A stretch of DNA of 64,000 nucleotides from an uncultured Acidimicrobiia bacterium (lineage in GTDB: Bacteria > Acidobacteriota > Terriglobia > Versatilivoradales > Versatilivoraceae). The notes under the pieces were generated by a model. It did no database searches. It was given only the letters and a program-made list of their open reading frames with translations, and was not told the DNA's origin. Within the stretch, counting starts at the first letter, position 1; every line of letters starts with the position of its first letter. A program made the position numbers and the translations under genes. Shown here piece after piece: positions 10,535-21,147 of the stretch. The stretch is from contig CAWBAT010000004.1 in assembly GCA_963786955.1 (NCBI GenBank), forward strand, positions 32,001-96,000, given 5' to 3'.

Positions 10535-10835
10535 ATTTACCCCTCGATTTATCGAGGGGTTTGCGTGTCAGAGTAAGGCCCGTTAACCGTTTTAACGGTT
10601 TCTTCTTTCATGTAGATGCCTTTGGATTCTGCATAGTTCGACAAAAACCCTGACACTCTGCCTGCCACTTCCCCAAATAGCATCCGTTCTCGATTCAAGG
10701 TTGTCCAAATCAAGTGAAGCCAGCAGCGTGAGTATGAGTGAATAGACACTGGAAATCCCTCCTCCCGAGGAAACCGTTAAAACGGTTGGCCGCCAATGTA
10801 GGTTGGGATACCCCTCGATGAATCGAGGGGTAAAT
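10535..10835 (-). mobile_element. Internally deleted IS200/RAYT-type (Y1 HUH) transposase remnant enclosed by two pairs of inverted palindromic repeats
   Basis: ORF from GTG 10749, MSIHSYSRCWLHLIWTTLNRERML.., resembles a TnpA N-terminus; outer IR 10535-10560/10810-10835 (1 mismatch); inner IR 10585-10602/10770-10787 (perfect 18 bp). Confidence 0.75.
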
Positions 10836-10860
10836 GAAACCCTCAAGGCAGGGTTTCTAG

Positions 10861-11640
10861 CTATTGGACCTTCAAGCTGGCTTGTAGAGTGAATTCCAGG
10901 CGCGTCTCTGAGGGAATTTTCAGGTGTTGCTGCCCGCTGGCTGACAAGATAGCTCCGCCGGTCCCGCCTGCGGCTGCACCAATGGCGGCGCCTTTGCCTC
11001 CCCCGGCAATCCCACCAATGATGGCACCCAGCCCTGCACCACCTAACGTTTTCTTGGCTGTGCTCTTCCCTTCAGACCCGCCTTTAGATTCAGCTACGCT
11101 GCTAACCACAGGATAGGAAGTCCCATGCACTTTGATGCTAATCACTTTGAGCTGGATTAAGTCGTTTCCCTTCATGCGTCCGGACTGCTGCACTTTCACA
11201 GCCTGCAAGACCACATCGGCTCCCCTGGGAATCTCCACAGCACCGCCCACCATCACCGGATCATCCAAACTCGCCTGATACTTGGCCCCAGCCTTCGAGA
11301 CGTCCACATCGATGGGATCGATGGTTCTCACCCGCAACAGGGTTCCGCTCGAGACAATGACGGGGGGCCTGGAAGCTGTCGTGGGAGCGGGTTTCGCCGC
11401 AGCGGCTCCGCCGGATGAAGGTGACAGCGTGGATGCTGAAAAGCTGAGGCTGACTACCGACTGAATGGGATAGCTTTCCATCTTCCCCGCTTGGGACATA
11501 AAATCAATCTGGCGCGTGTTGCCTCCCAGGAAAGTTCCTTGAATGGCACGCCCGTCCCGGAGCTTGATCGTGTCTGCTCGTAAGGACGGTATGTTGAACA
11601 GGAACGATAAACTCAAGATAATCGCAATGAACCATTTCAT
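10861..11640 (-). CDS. Exported hypothetical protein with C-terminal glycine zipper
   Basis: Signal peptide MKWFIAIIL..LRA; DTIKLRDG; GAGLGAIIGGIAGGGKGAAIGAAAGG. Confidence 0.8.
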   Translation of the reverse strand: MKWFIAIILSLSFLFNIPSLRADTIKLRDGRAIQGTFLGGNTRQIDFMSQAGKMESYPIQSVVSLSFSASTLSPSSGGAAAAKPAPTTASRPPVIVSSGTLLRVRTIDPIDVDVSKAGAKYQASLDDPVMVGGAVEIPRGADVVLQAVKVQQSGRMKGNDLIQLKVISIKVHGTSYPVVSSVAESKGGSEGKSTAKKTLGGAGLGAIIGGIAGGGKGAAIGAAAGGTGGAILSASGQQHLKIPSETRLEFTLQASLKVQ

Positions 11641-11656
11641 CGATAAGTCCTCCAAA

Positions 11657-12193
11657 TTATTTGACCACCGGTAGTGAGGCCTCGACCTGGAGATCGAGCA
11701 GCATGAGCAATTGGCTTTCTACTTGTAGAAAGCGCACCGCCGTGATCGCGTCAAGCGATTGCTTGATCCGTTCGTAATATTTTAGCTTCAGGTCGTGCCT
11801 TTCCTGCTCCAGCCTGAGGGCGCCACGGGCCAATTCGTCGGCAATCGCATCCGTCATGTTCTGGTAGTGATCGGCATACTTCTTGATCAGGGCCAGCTTT
11901 TCGTCACCGCTACGGATGAGCTCAACCTCATATTCCTTGTAAATGGGCCAGAACTTGGCCGCCTCCGCAGGCTCGAGTTTCATGACTTCATCAAGCACCC
12001 TGGCATTCTCCTTTCGGACATCCGAGCGTAACAGTTCGATGTAGGCCCGCAGATTCAGATCCATGTCAGATGGAACAGTCTCCGATTGAGGAGCCGCGGT
12101 TGGATGATCCGTCTTGGCTTTCTCCGAGGTTTGCCCAAACGTGATGACCGTGGCCAGGAAAACTCCTGCCACGACTCCTGCGATTTTCTTCAT
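11657..12193 (-). CDS. Exported helical hypothetical protein
   Basis: Signal peptide, GGAGG RBS, EAAKFWPIYKEY motif; 16 bp from the downstream gene. Confidence 0.8.
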   Translation of the reverse strand: MKKIAGVVAGVFLATVITFGQTSEKAKTDHPTAAPQSETVPSDMDLNLRAYIELLRSDVRKENARVLDEVMKLEPAEAAKFWPIYKEYEVELIRSGDEKLALIKKYADHYQNMTDAIADELARGALRLEQERHDLKLKYYERIKQSLDAITAVRFLQVESQLLMLLDLQVEASLPVVK

Positions 12194-12225
12194 AGGCTAA
12201 GACCTCCTTGTTTCATTAGATTGCG

Positions 12226-12598
12226 TTGCCCTTACAGGACAACGGACCTATTGGATTCGTCATCGAGGGCGTTGCCCTCGGCTACGGTGTTACAAGGCCT
12301 TTCAGGCCGTTGGCATACCGCGGACGTTCGTTGTAGCCAGGGTCGTTGACCCGGCCTCACCGAGGCCGGCTACAATAACACGCGGTAGGGCGGTCTCGCC
12401 GAGACCGCCGCGGAGATTCGGCGCGCTCGGCGAGTGCGCCCTACCAACACCGTCTACGAATAACATTTAAGGACGTGCCACACAGATCGTGTCGAACTAC
12501 AGTCCTCGGCATGTCTTCAGCCTGAATAGGCTGACACACCATAGCCGAGGGCAACGCCCGGTTCGAGGCCCAACGTATCTCCTGTCCTGTAAGGGCAA
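12226..12598. repeat. Nested REP cluster: outer inverted-repeat element with GTAG-type REP pairs inside
   Basis: TTGCCCTTACAGGACA (12226-12241) and its reverse complement (12583-12598); GGGCGTTGCCCTCGGCTACGGTGT (12267-12290) and its near reverse complement (12536-12559); inner TTGTAGCC..GGCTACAA (12331-12375) and GGTAGGGCG..CGCCCTACC (12384-12446). Confidence 0.8.
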
Positions 12599-12624
12599 TA
12601 CAACATGCGGTTCAATGGTCCTGT

Positions 12625-13128
12625 TTATTGTTTCTCTAGGGGAAGCTTGAAAACTATACGGTTCCAATGGCCTTGTTCCCCTCTAATTTGAAGCAGGAAA
12701 TAGGCCGCATTGCTTGCAGAGGATTTGTATACTCGAAGCGTTGCCTTCCAGTCCCGGTTTTCTTCTTCATATTGGGTTGCGCCGGTCTTGCTAAAACGAC
12801 GCTCTTCTCCGGTCAACACAGGTTCTGCTGAGGAACGCATATAATGAGTTCCAACCAGCGGGATACGCGCAGAGGCAAGCTCAGAATTAGGATCTGGTAG
12901 GGGCTTGACGATGGCTATGACTTTTCCCGCCGATGAAAAGGTCAATACATAATCATCCTTCTCCGGTTTAGCTTCTAACTCGTACTCCCCAATTTCCAGC
13001 GTGGCTCCTTGCGGCGTAGACAGCTGGACAGGAATCCGCATCAGGCCTTTGTAAGAAGGCAAATCTGCAGCAAAGGAGCGAGTGGATATTAAACTAAGAA
13101 GGAAAAAGACAAGTACCCGAAACTGCAT
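12625..13128 (-). CDS. Exported hypothetical protein
   Basis: 167-aa ORF with signal peptide ending SFA. Confidence 0.7.
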   Translation of the reverse strand: MQFRVLVFFLLSLISTRSFAADLPSYKGLMRIPVQLSTPQGATLEIGEYELEAKPEKDDYVLTFSSAGKVIAIVKPLPDPNSELASARIPLVGTHYMRSSAEPVLTGEERRFSKTGATQYEEENRDWKATLRVYKSSASNAAYFLLQIRGEQGHWNRIVFKLPLEKQ

Positions 13129-13203
13129 TCCTGGGGCTCCTGGGTCGAATTAACGAGCTGTTGCTACGATCGGAATTTCGAGATGGACAAGAATTCTTCA
13201 AGC

Positions 13204-13260
13204 TAGGGCGCGCTCGCTGAGCGCGCCGCCAGTCGGCGGTTTCAGCGAAACCGCCCTACC
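13204..13260. repeat. GTAG-type REP pair
   Basis: TAGGGCGCGCTCGCTGAGCGCGCC..GGCGGTTTCAGCGAAACCGCCCTACC; resembles the reverse complement of 12384-12446. Confidence 0.75.
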
Positions 13261-13572
13261 CTTAACCCTGCCAAAATTCTGCGCTTGCACATTTGGCTTT
13301 TAGAGCTGCTTGTGTAAACTCCTGGCGCCGAAAAATCGAAACGCCAAGAGCACCAAGAAAAAGACTCGATACCCGTTGAGGGAATTGTCAACATTCTCCT
13401 CAGTCACCGCGTCTGCAGTCATGAAAGCTCCTATCCTGGCGATCTTTGTGTTTTTGGCGTTTCCATCTTCCGGCCATAACGGGAATGACAAGCAACGGTT
13501 GAGGGCAGTTAGGAGGCTTCGCAGTGCTCAGCCCTTCAACACAATCTGGGAGCCCGAAATAAGAAAAGTTAT

Positions 13573-15035
13573 TCAGCTAACTTTGAATGAGTTCTTGGCA
13601 ACCTCGACTCCATACTCGCCGTCGCCTCCGACTCCCGTGAGCCGCTTTTCAAGCCCAGAGACCTGGACATTCAATTTTTTGTGATCCAGACCCAATAGGG
13701 TGAGCATGGCGGCGTGAAGATCATTCGCGTGGACCTTATCTTCTACAGCACGAAATCCTAACTCATCTGTTGAGCCGATGACCTTGCCACCTTTTATTCC
13801 CCCCCCGCCATCCAGGCCGTAAAGCCGTAAGGGTTGTGGTCGCGACCCTCTCTTCCCTGCATCATCGGGGTTCGACCAAACTCCCCTACGCAGACGACCA
13901 AGGTACTCTCCAGTAATCCCCTCTGTTTCAGATCCCCCAGCAGTCCTGCAATCGGGAGATCGGTTTTGGCAGCATTGAGTCGGTGAAGGCGATCATTCTC
14001 GGAATGACCGTCCCAATCGCTGTTATATAGATGAACAAAACGGACCCCTCGTTCGACCATGCGTCGAGCCAACAGACAAATGCGCCCAAACTTGGCGGTA
14101 GGTTCGGTATCCATGCCGTACATCTTCCGCACATGATCCGGCTCCTGGCCAATATCGATTAACTCAGGACCTTCGGTCTGCATCCGGAAGGCCAGCTCAA
14201 AATTACTGATTCGGGCGGATAGAGCCGTATCGTCGGATCTCTCCTCAAGATGTCGCAGATTCCAACTCTTCAATTGCTCCAAAATCGCCATCTGACTTGG
14301 AGCATCAATTTGTGGCGGGGGAGCGAGATTTTCTAAAGGGACGCCCTCGGTTGCTAGGACTGTAGCCTGGTAGAGTGCCGGCAAAAATCCTGACCCAATA
14401 GCGGCTTTCCCGTTTCGCATAAAGCTGTCCGCCATGACGATATAAGAAGGCAAATTTTGGGTTTCACTGCCAAGCCCATAGAGGACCCAGGCCCCCATAC
14501 TGGGATAGCCGAGACGAATCGTCCCTGTATGAATGATCCCAAGAGCCGGCCCATGAACAAAGGATTCGTGGTAGCAGGACCGGATAATCGCTAGATCGTC
14601 CGCATGCTTGGCCAAATTCTGGAAAAGATCTGAGATCTCCAGGCCTGAACTGCCGTAGCGCCCGAAAACTCTTCGCGAGCCCATGAGTTTAGCCTCTTCG
14701 GCCTTGATCTGAGCCAGACCCAGCATCCCTTCCCGGAAGCTGGCCGGAAGCAGTTGCCCGTCAAGCTTTGCCAGTTCTGGCTTCGGGTCAAATGTATCGA
14801 CCTGGCTAGGCCCGCCTTGCAGGAAAATGAAAATGACACTCCTGGCTTTGGCCGGAAATTGCGGCGACTTTGCAGCAAGCGGGTTACTCCTTTCCGGCAA
14901 GCTTGTCGAACCATGGACTGATCTTGAATTGAGCAGATAACTGAGCGCGAGTGAACCGAAACCAAAACTCGATTTTTCTAGGAAGTCACGGCGGGAATTC
15001 ACTGGAACGGATCGATTGCAAGAATATATATTCAA
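13573..15035 (-). pseudogene. DUF1501 domain protein with a frameshift in a G8 run at 13799-13806 (real or sequencing error)
   Basis: SRRDFLE, GGPSQVDTFDPKP, WDGH, GEFGRTP, GRDH; adding one G restores AGGGIKGGKVIGSTDELG..DLHAAMLTLLGLDHKKL through to TGA at 13573. Confidence 0.88.
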
Positions 15036-15052
15036 TAGTTTCGCTCCCCAAA

Positions 15053-17962
15053 TTAATCGATAAAAACAAATTCGTTAAGATTCAATACGGTGAGGCACAA
15101 CTCTGTGAGGGCATGCATTTGAGCTGGGTCGCGGTCCTCAAACTCCTTGGGATGCTCGTCATCAGTGCCTTTGGCGGCTTTTTCATTCGCAAGCCCCTGC
15201 ATGAAGTTGAGGGCCTCCTCAGCCTCCTGGGCGGAAGGTGGCCGGGCCAGAGCGATGCGCCAGGCAGCGTTGATCCAGGACGAGGGATTGGGCCCATAGT
15301 CCCGGACCAATCGAGCCGCAAACTGTTGGGCCTGCCGATAGGACATGTAGTTATTCAAGCCCCAAAGCGCTTGTGGAGCCACCGTCGTCATATCCCGTCG
15401 GGGGCAACTTGCCGAAGAGTCAGGACGGTCAAATTTATCAAACAGAGGAAACATGAAATTCCGGCGCGAAAGAATGTAGACACCGCGACGAAGGCCCTCA
15501 TTGGGATCAGAGGGTGTGACCCAGACGTCCTTGATTCTCAGTGCTGTCAGTTCCGACTTAGAAAGCGGAGGCATGATGGGGCGTCCGCCCATTTTCAAAT
15601 TTAAATTACCGGCAACAGCATGGACCGAATCCCAGACAGCTTCAGCTTCCAACCGCTGCCGGTTCATGCGCCATAAATAAGCGTTTCCCGGATCAATTTT
15701 GGAATTGTCAGAGGAAGTAAAACGGCTGTCGCGTTGGTAGGCATCTGACAACATGATCAGTCGATGCAGGGATTTCAGACTCCAATCTTGCTCCACAAAC
15801 TCAGAAGCAAGCCAATCCAGCAGCTCTGGATGTGACGGGCGTTGCCCTTGCCGGCCAAAGTCATTTGCCGTGCTCACGATTCCCTGACCGAAGTGACCTT
15901 GCCAGACCCGATTTACCAAGACCCTTGCAGTCAACGGGTGATCCGGACGAGTCAACCAGAGAGCGAATTGTTTGCGATAACGCGGGGCAGCCGAGTCAAT
16001 GCTTAGTTTTTCGGGATCTTCGTCGTTGAGGAGGATGGCGGGCAGGGCCGGTCCGACTTTGCTCTTGTATTTTCCAAGGTCCCCTCTCTCCAAAACATAG
16101 ACATCTGGCAACAGTTCGGGCTCGATGTGTCCCAACACCGTGGCAGAAGGAAGGTCAAAGAAACCATCAAAGCGAACTGAATGGGACACATCTTTCTGGG
16201 GCACCCGGATGACCGATTTGACTAAATCTTCGCCCAACTTTTCATGAAGAGCCTTCTCTTGCGGCGTGAAGTTCTCTTCGACTTTAATAGATTCGGCGAA
16301 TTTGGCGAGAGGAGTTGCTAACTCGGTGAGCTGCATTGTCCGCTTTTCTGGCGGAGTCTCATAGGCGATCACTATTTCCGGCGAAAATTCTCTCTTTTTG
16401 GCCTCAATGACTCGTTCCCTGACGCTCTTGTCTAAGGCCAGATAGGCCTTCCGAGCCTCATCTAAGGCAATCATTCTAAAGTAGTCTTCATTACGATGGG
16501 ACGCCGTCGCGCCCGTCGCCACCGGGATTATTACAGGAGTGCTCGGGGCAAAAACGGCCTGCAGTTGAAAGTAATCTTTTTGCGAGATGGGATCGAATTT
16601 GTGATCGTGGCAACGAGCACAATTGAACGTCAATCCGAGGAAGGCAGAGGCTGTCGTGTCAACAGCATCGGTAAGCCGTTCATATCTGAGCTTGGTGCCA
16701 TCCAGCTGGGACTCCTGGATTTCTTGACCAAACGTATAGAGGGATGTGCCAATCCGCGCCTCCATATGTTCTAATTTTTCATAGGGCACATCAAAGAAAC
16801 CCTTGAGATCCAAATTGTCTGGCCAAAGTTCATCACCCGCGATTTGTTCCTGGACAAAGCGGTCGTAGGGCTTGTCGTCGTTGAAGGACTTAATCACATA
16901 ATCCCGGTAACGCCAGGCGTTGGGGTAGTAAACATCGCCTTCGAATCCAGCACTATCTGCGTATCGGACAACATCCAACCAGTGTCTTCCCCAACGCTCT
17001 CCATACTGGGGCAAGCTCAAGAGCGTATCGATGACCTTCTCGAAGGCATCTGGTGAAGTGTCCTGAAGAAATTGGTCGACCTGATCGGGGGTCGGCGGCA
17101 GACCGATAAGATCAAAGTAGGCCCGGCGGATGAGCGTCCGCTTATCGGCTTTTGGAGCTGGCTTCAGCCCTTTCTCTTGTAATTTCGTAAAAACAAAGGC
17201 ATCGATGGGATTCGGAATTGGATGTGCAGGATCCGATCGAGGAACGGGGGTACTGTGCAGCTTCTTAAATGACCACCACGAGGGTTCCGGTCTACGCCCT
17301 GGCCCGGTTGCCAGACTCCAAGGAGCTCCTTCCAAGATCCAGTTTCTCAATACTTCCAGCTCGTTGGCAGGGAGTGCGGCTCTGCCCATTGGCATCTTAA
17401 GCTCTCCCTGCCGTAAAATAGATTGGTAAAGAAGGCTCTGCTCTGGCTTTCCCGGAATCAGCACTGGCCCCCGATTCCCCCCTTTCATGGCTGTTTCCTT
17501 GCTTCGCAGGTCCAAGCCCGACGTTTGATTCGCGCCATGGCACTCGATGCAATGACTGGTCAGAATCATTAAGGCCGCTTGTTCGGCAGAAGATTCTAAA
17601 GAAGCCCAGGGGGCTCCTTCATCAATCCATTTCCGTAAGATTTCCTGTTCCTCTCGAGAAATAGGATCTTTGCCTGGAGGCATCTTCAATTCGGCCTGAT
17701 GAGAAAGGGACTGATAGAGGAGGCTGCCCGCGGCCTTCCCCGGAACGATGGCGGGGCCCCTCTTCCCTCCCTTGAGCATGGTCTCTCGCTGCCTTAAGTC
17801 TAAACCGGACATCTGGCTGGCCCCATGACAGGTCATGCAATTTCTGTCCAATACCGCCTTGGCATCTTGTCCGTTAGAGTCTCCCGAATAGATGAATACG
17901 GAAGCCTCCAGCAAACAAGCGAGGACCATTGCTGCACGAATTTTCAGCCTAAAAGATGTCAT
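15053..17962 (-). CDS. PSD1 protein with two planctomycete-type cytochrome c domains + DUF1549 + DUF1553
   Basis: CMTCH and CIECH in duplicated SGLDLR..GG.RGP modules; HWLDVVRYADS; CARCHDHK; HPLTARVLVNRVW; NEFVFID terminus. Confidence 0.93.
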   Translation of the reverse strand: MTSFRLKIRAAMVLACLLEASVFIYSGDSNGQDAKAVLDRNCMTCHGASQMSGLDLRQRETMLKGGKRGPAIVPGKAAGSLLYQSLSHQAELKMPPGKDPISREEQEILRKWIDEGAPWASLESSAEQAALMILTSHCIECHGANQTSGLDLRSKETAMKGGNRGPVLIPGKPEQSLLYQSILRQGELKMPMGRAALPANELEVLRNWILEGAPWSLATGPGRRPEPSWWSFKKLHSTPVPRSDPAHPIPNPIDAFVFTKLQEKGLKPAPKADKRTLIRRAYFDLIGLPPTPDQVDQFLQDTSPDAFEKVIDTLLSLPQYGERWGRHWLDVVRYADSAGFEGDVYYPNAWRYRDYVIKSFNDDKPYDRFVQEQIAGDELWPDNLDLKGFFDVPYEKLEHMEARIGTSLYTFGQEIQESQLDGTKLRYERLTDAVDTTASAFLGLTFNCARCHDHKFDPISQKDYFQLQAVFAPSTPVIIPVATGATASHRNEDYFRMIALDEARKAYLALDKSVRERVIEAKKREFSPEIVIAYETPPEKRTMQLTELATPLAKFAESIKVEENFTPQEKALHEKLGEDLVKSVIRVPQKDVSHSVRFDGFFDLPSATVLGHIEPELLPDVYVLERGDLGKYKSKVGPALPAILLNDEDPEKLSIDSAAPRYRKQFALWLTRPDHPLTARVLVNRVWQGHFGQGIVSTANDFGRQGQRPSHPELLDWLASEFVEQDWSLKSLHRLIMLSDAYQRDSRFTSSDNSKIDPGNAYLWRMNRQRLEAEAVWDSVHAVAGNLNLKMGGRPIMPPLSKSELTALRIKDVWVTPSDPNEGLRRGVYILSRRNFMFPLFDKFDRPDSSASCPRRDMTTVAPQALWGLNNYMSYRQAQQFAARLVRDYGPNPSSWINAAWRIALARPPSAQEAEEALNFMQGLANEKAAKGTDDEHPKEFEDRDPAQMHALTELCLTVLNLNEFVFID

Positions 17963-18201
17963 CGTTTCACGCGCTATAAGCTATCATAATACACGACTTC
18001 CCAAGATCTTTCCACTCCAGGAGTATCGCTTGTATCCAGGCCGGATAGCGGGTGAAGCATTGAGAATGCTTCACCCGTACAGCAGTTGCAGGCTGCACGC
18101 CGGGGGGATGATCCTTTATACAATGGATCACTGTTTACATGGCTATCAAGAGCTTGATCGACACTGGGCGGGAGACAGGTCTCTATCTTCAAGAAATTTC
18201 A

Positions 18202-19062
18202 TTACCACGTCTTTTTGAATGGATCACCGTCATCGGCCCGCCTCTCCAATGTATTTAGAGTCCATTGGGAATTCCGCTCCAGCTCAAAAGTAGAAACCGT
18301 CAAACCACTGGCATGAAGGGCAAGAGCTTCAAAAATTCGATTAGCGATCAAAAGGTTCCCCACTTTGTGCGCATGCACTCCGTCATAATGGATTAACCAA
18401 TCGGCCCCTTTTTCAGCTTCCCATACATCCGCCAGTATGCAATCGAACTCTTCAGCTAGACTGCGAATACAATCGTTATATGTGAGCGTTAGTTCAATGC
18501 CCCCTTTGTCAATGGGGGACCAGCTTCTATATCCGGTCATATAGTAAACGTTCGTGAGCACACATACCGGTGAACAGGCCTCCTTCACATCGCGAAGGAT
18601 CGTCGCCATGTCTTCTCGAAATTCTTGAATTGGCATGCCCGCCCGCATGTCATTCAGGCCATAGGCCAGAATGAACAAGTCCGGCTTGAAATCGATGACG
18701 TCCTTCTTATACCTTTCCAAAGCACTTGGCTTGGCTGATTGTGAATATCCAGGACTGCGTGGTGAGATGGAGTTATTGCTGATTCCCTTGTTGATGTACT
18801 CGATTGATTTTTTCTGGCAGGAATTAATCAACCGCACCAGCACATCCGGGTAGCGATCTTTCTGGTTATCAAGCCAGGGACCACCTTGAACTGTACTCTC
18901 TCCAAGAATGACCAGACGCTTAAATGGTTCTTTCTTATAATCCTTGGGTTTTTGAATCCCTTCAGCGGGCCCAGCCCAAAGCTTGCCGCTTAGGAGTAAG
19001 GGGCTACTACTCGCTGCAAGCCCGATGGATGAGTTTTTCAGAAATTCACGACGTCGCATCAT
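18202..19062 (-). CDS. SGNH/GDSL esterase, Tat-exported
   Basis: MMRRREFLK Tat motif; LGES, NKG, GLND and DGVH blocks. Confidence 0.85.
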   Translation of the reverse strand: MMRRREFLKNSSIGLAASSSPLLLSGKLWAGPAEGIQKPKDYKKEPFKRLVILGESTVQGGPWLDNQKDRYPDVLVRLINSCQKKSIEYINKGISNNSISPRSPGYSQSAKPSALERYKKDVIDFKPDLFILAYGLNDMRAGMPIQEFREDMATILRDVKEACSPVCVLTNVYYMTGYRSWSPIDKGGIELTLTYNDCIRSLAEEFDCILADVWEAEKGADWLIHYDGVHAHKVGNLLIANRIFEALALHASGLTVSTFELERNSQWTLNTLERRADDGDPFKKTW

Positions 19063-19216
19063 TAGTTTTACCCTCGCCAAAAATCTGGCAGCAATGTAAC
19101 TCTGAGGAATGAAAGAGTCAAGGTTGCTTGACAAGATCTCAAAGTCGAGGTGTTATTGAGCAGTATTTAACAAGGATTTTTGATTACTCCGCCAAAACGT
19201 GATCAGGAGAGTGACA

Positions 19217-19990
19217 GTGAAGACCAACCAGGTTCGTGAGAAATTGAGGGCTGGACAATCATCCCTCGGGTGTTTTGTAGGATTGGGGAGTCCAAATGCA
19301 GCTGAGCTTTTGGCGCACGCCGGTTTCGAATGGCTCATCATCGAGACTGAACATAGTGCGCTCGACTCAGCCGAAATTGAACACATGCTGATGGCAGTCA
19401 ACGGGACAGAAGCCGTTCCTATTGTGAGAGTCCCATCCGATGATCCCGTTTACATCCAACGCGCGCTGGATTTTGGAGCCTTGGGAATCATGGTTCCCAT
19501 GGTAAGAACGGTCGAAGAGGCTCAGGCAGTGGTTCGGGCTACACGCTACCCACCGGCAGGCACACGCGGCTACAATCCACTTAGGGCTGCGCATTACTCG
19601 TTTGACAGCAAAGACTATTTTTATCGCGCCAATGACAACCTTCTTATTGCATTGATTTTGGAGACTAAAGAAGCTGTTCAGAATATGGAAGCCATTGCTT
19701 CTGTACCTGGCGTAGACGTTTTGTTTCTAGGTCCTTTTGATTTGTGCCTTTCCCTGGGACTGGATCCCATGAAACAACCGCACCCCCAGGTGGAAGCCGT
19801 CATTGAACAGATGCTTTCAATCGCGAAAAAGACCGGGGTCGGCACCGGGATTCATGCCTTCAGTACAGATCAATTGCACAAGAGGCAGGCTCAGGGATTT
19901 ACGATGATCAGCTACAGTACGGACTATGTACTCCTGGCGGAGGCTGCCCGAACCGGGTTGGAGGCATATCGCAAACGGCCACAACAGTGA
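19217..19990 (+). CDS. HpcH/HpaI family aldolase
   Basis: ETEHS, RYPPAGTRG, ILETKEAV, FLGPFDL; AGGAGA RBS before GTG 19217 (the frame opens at 19199). Confidence 0.9.
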   Translation: MKTNQVREKLRAGQSSLGCFVGLGSPNAAELLAHAGFEWLIIETEHSALDSAEIEHMLMAVNGTEAVPIVRVPSDDPVYIQRALDFGALGIMVPMVRTVEEAQAVVRATRYPPAGTRGYNPLRAAHYSFDSKDYFYRANDNLLIALILETKEAVQNMEAIASVPGVDVLFLGPFDLCLSLGLDPMKQPHPQVEAVIEQMLSIAKKTGVGTGIHAFSTDQLHKRQAQGFTMISYSTDYVLLAEAARTGLEAYRKRPQQ

Positions 19991-20105
19991 TGGCTTTTCT
20001 TTTTATTACAAGAGTGGCTTCTTCGAACCCGGCCCTCTCATTCTCTTCATTTGCAGGAGGACCCAGATCTACGAGGTCTCCTGAATTCCTAAGGAGGTTG
20101 TCTTG

Positions 20106-21080
20106 ATGAAAGTCTTGTTTCTCGGCATTCCGAACCAGTTGCATCCTTGGTATGACGACGTCTTGAAAGCGGTTGGCAACCGCTGGCCCATCGAATTATT
20201 CGACCCAGCCAAATCCAAACACGAGCAGTTCAAAGGTGTTAACGTCGTGGTGGATCAAGGAGGTCAATCTGGTAAACGTGAGATGATCGACCTCGGTCTC
20301 GCGGTCGGCGTGAAGCTCTGGCAAGTCTTGGGAGTTGGTGTCGATCATGTGGATGTTCGCTACTTGTTAGAAAAGAAGCTTCCCCTGGCTAATACTCCCG
20401 GCCCATCGAGTGCTGTGGCACTTGCTGAACATGCTCTCTTCTTGATGTTGTTATTTGCGAAGAATTTTTACCAAAGCCAGGAAAATATTTCAGCGAAAAT
20501 CCTCTGTTACCCCATCAATGAAGAATTGGAAGGGAAAACACTGGGCCTCTTGGGGCTGGGAGCCAGTGGCCGGGCTTTGGCCAAACGTGCCGCAGCCATG
20601 GGGATGCGTATTCTGGCCACCGATCTGGTTGAGATTCCGCCAGCAGTGATCGAAGAATGTCATCTTGGCTTTTTTGGAACCCCTGACCAGATGGGCCGCG
20701 TGCTGAGTGAGGCTGATTACTTCTCCATTCACGTTCCACTGACATCTAAAACCCGCCACATGGTCGGGCGAGAGCAACTCAAACAAATGAAAAAGACAGC
20801 GGTGCTGATTAATATCGCACGAGGTGGAGTCGTCGATGAGGCCGCCCTGCTCGAGACACTTCGAGAAGGTGGGATCAAAGGCGCAGGATTAGATGTCTTC
20901 TCGAAAGAACCGATTGACCCTCAGCACTCACTTCTTCAGTTTAAAAATGTCATCGCCACACCCCATATTGCAGGGGTGACCTACGGCACCTCGCGTCGGC
21001 GCGGCGAAGCAGTAGCTGAGAACATTGACCGAATTTCACGGGGGTTAGCACCGCTCTTTCAGATCAATTCGGTGGATTAA
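20106..21080 (+). CDS. D-isomer specific 2-hydroxyacid dehydrogenase
   Basis: GLGASG, LINIARGGVVDE, LDVFSKEP, TPHIAG; AGGAGG RBS. Confidence 0.92.
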   Translation: MKVLFLGIPNQLHPWYDDVLKAVGNRWPIELFDPAKSKHEQFKGVNVVVDQGGQSGKREMIDLGLAVGVKLWQVLGVGVDHVDVRYLLEKKLPLANTPGPSSAVALAEHALFLMLLFAKNFYQSQENISAKILCYPINEELEGKTLGLLGLGASGRALAKRAAAMGMRILATDLVEIPPAVIEECHLGFFGTPDQMGRVLSEADYFSIHVPLTSKTRHMVGREQLKQMKKTAVLINIARGGVVDEAALLETLREGGIKGAGLDVFSKEPIDPQHSLLQFKNVIATPHIAGVTYGTSRRRGEAVAENIDRISRGLAPLFQINSVD

Positions 21081-21147
21081 GATTGGGAATCCGCCAGCGG
21101 GAATTTTGCTTTCGCTGCATGGCGAGGGGGAACCTGGAGATTTATGG

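Noticed and set aside
13310-13684. 124-aa plus-strand ORF
   Set aside because: It overlaps the frameshifted DUF1501 C-terminus on the other strand and has no family features
14951-15604. 217-aa plus-strand ORF
   Set aside because: Antisense to the PSD1 gene, with no recognisable motifs
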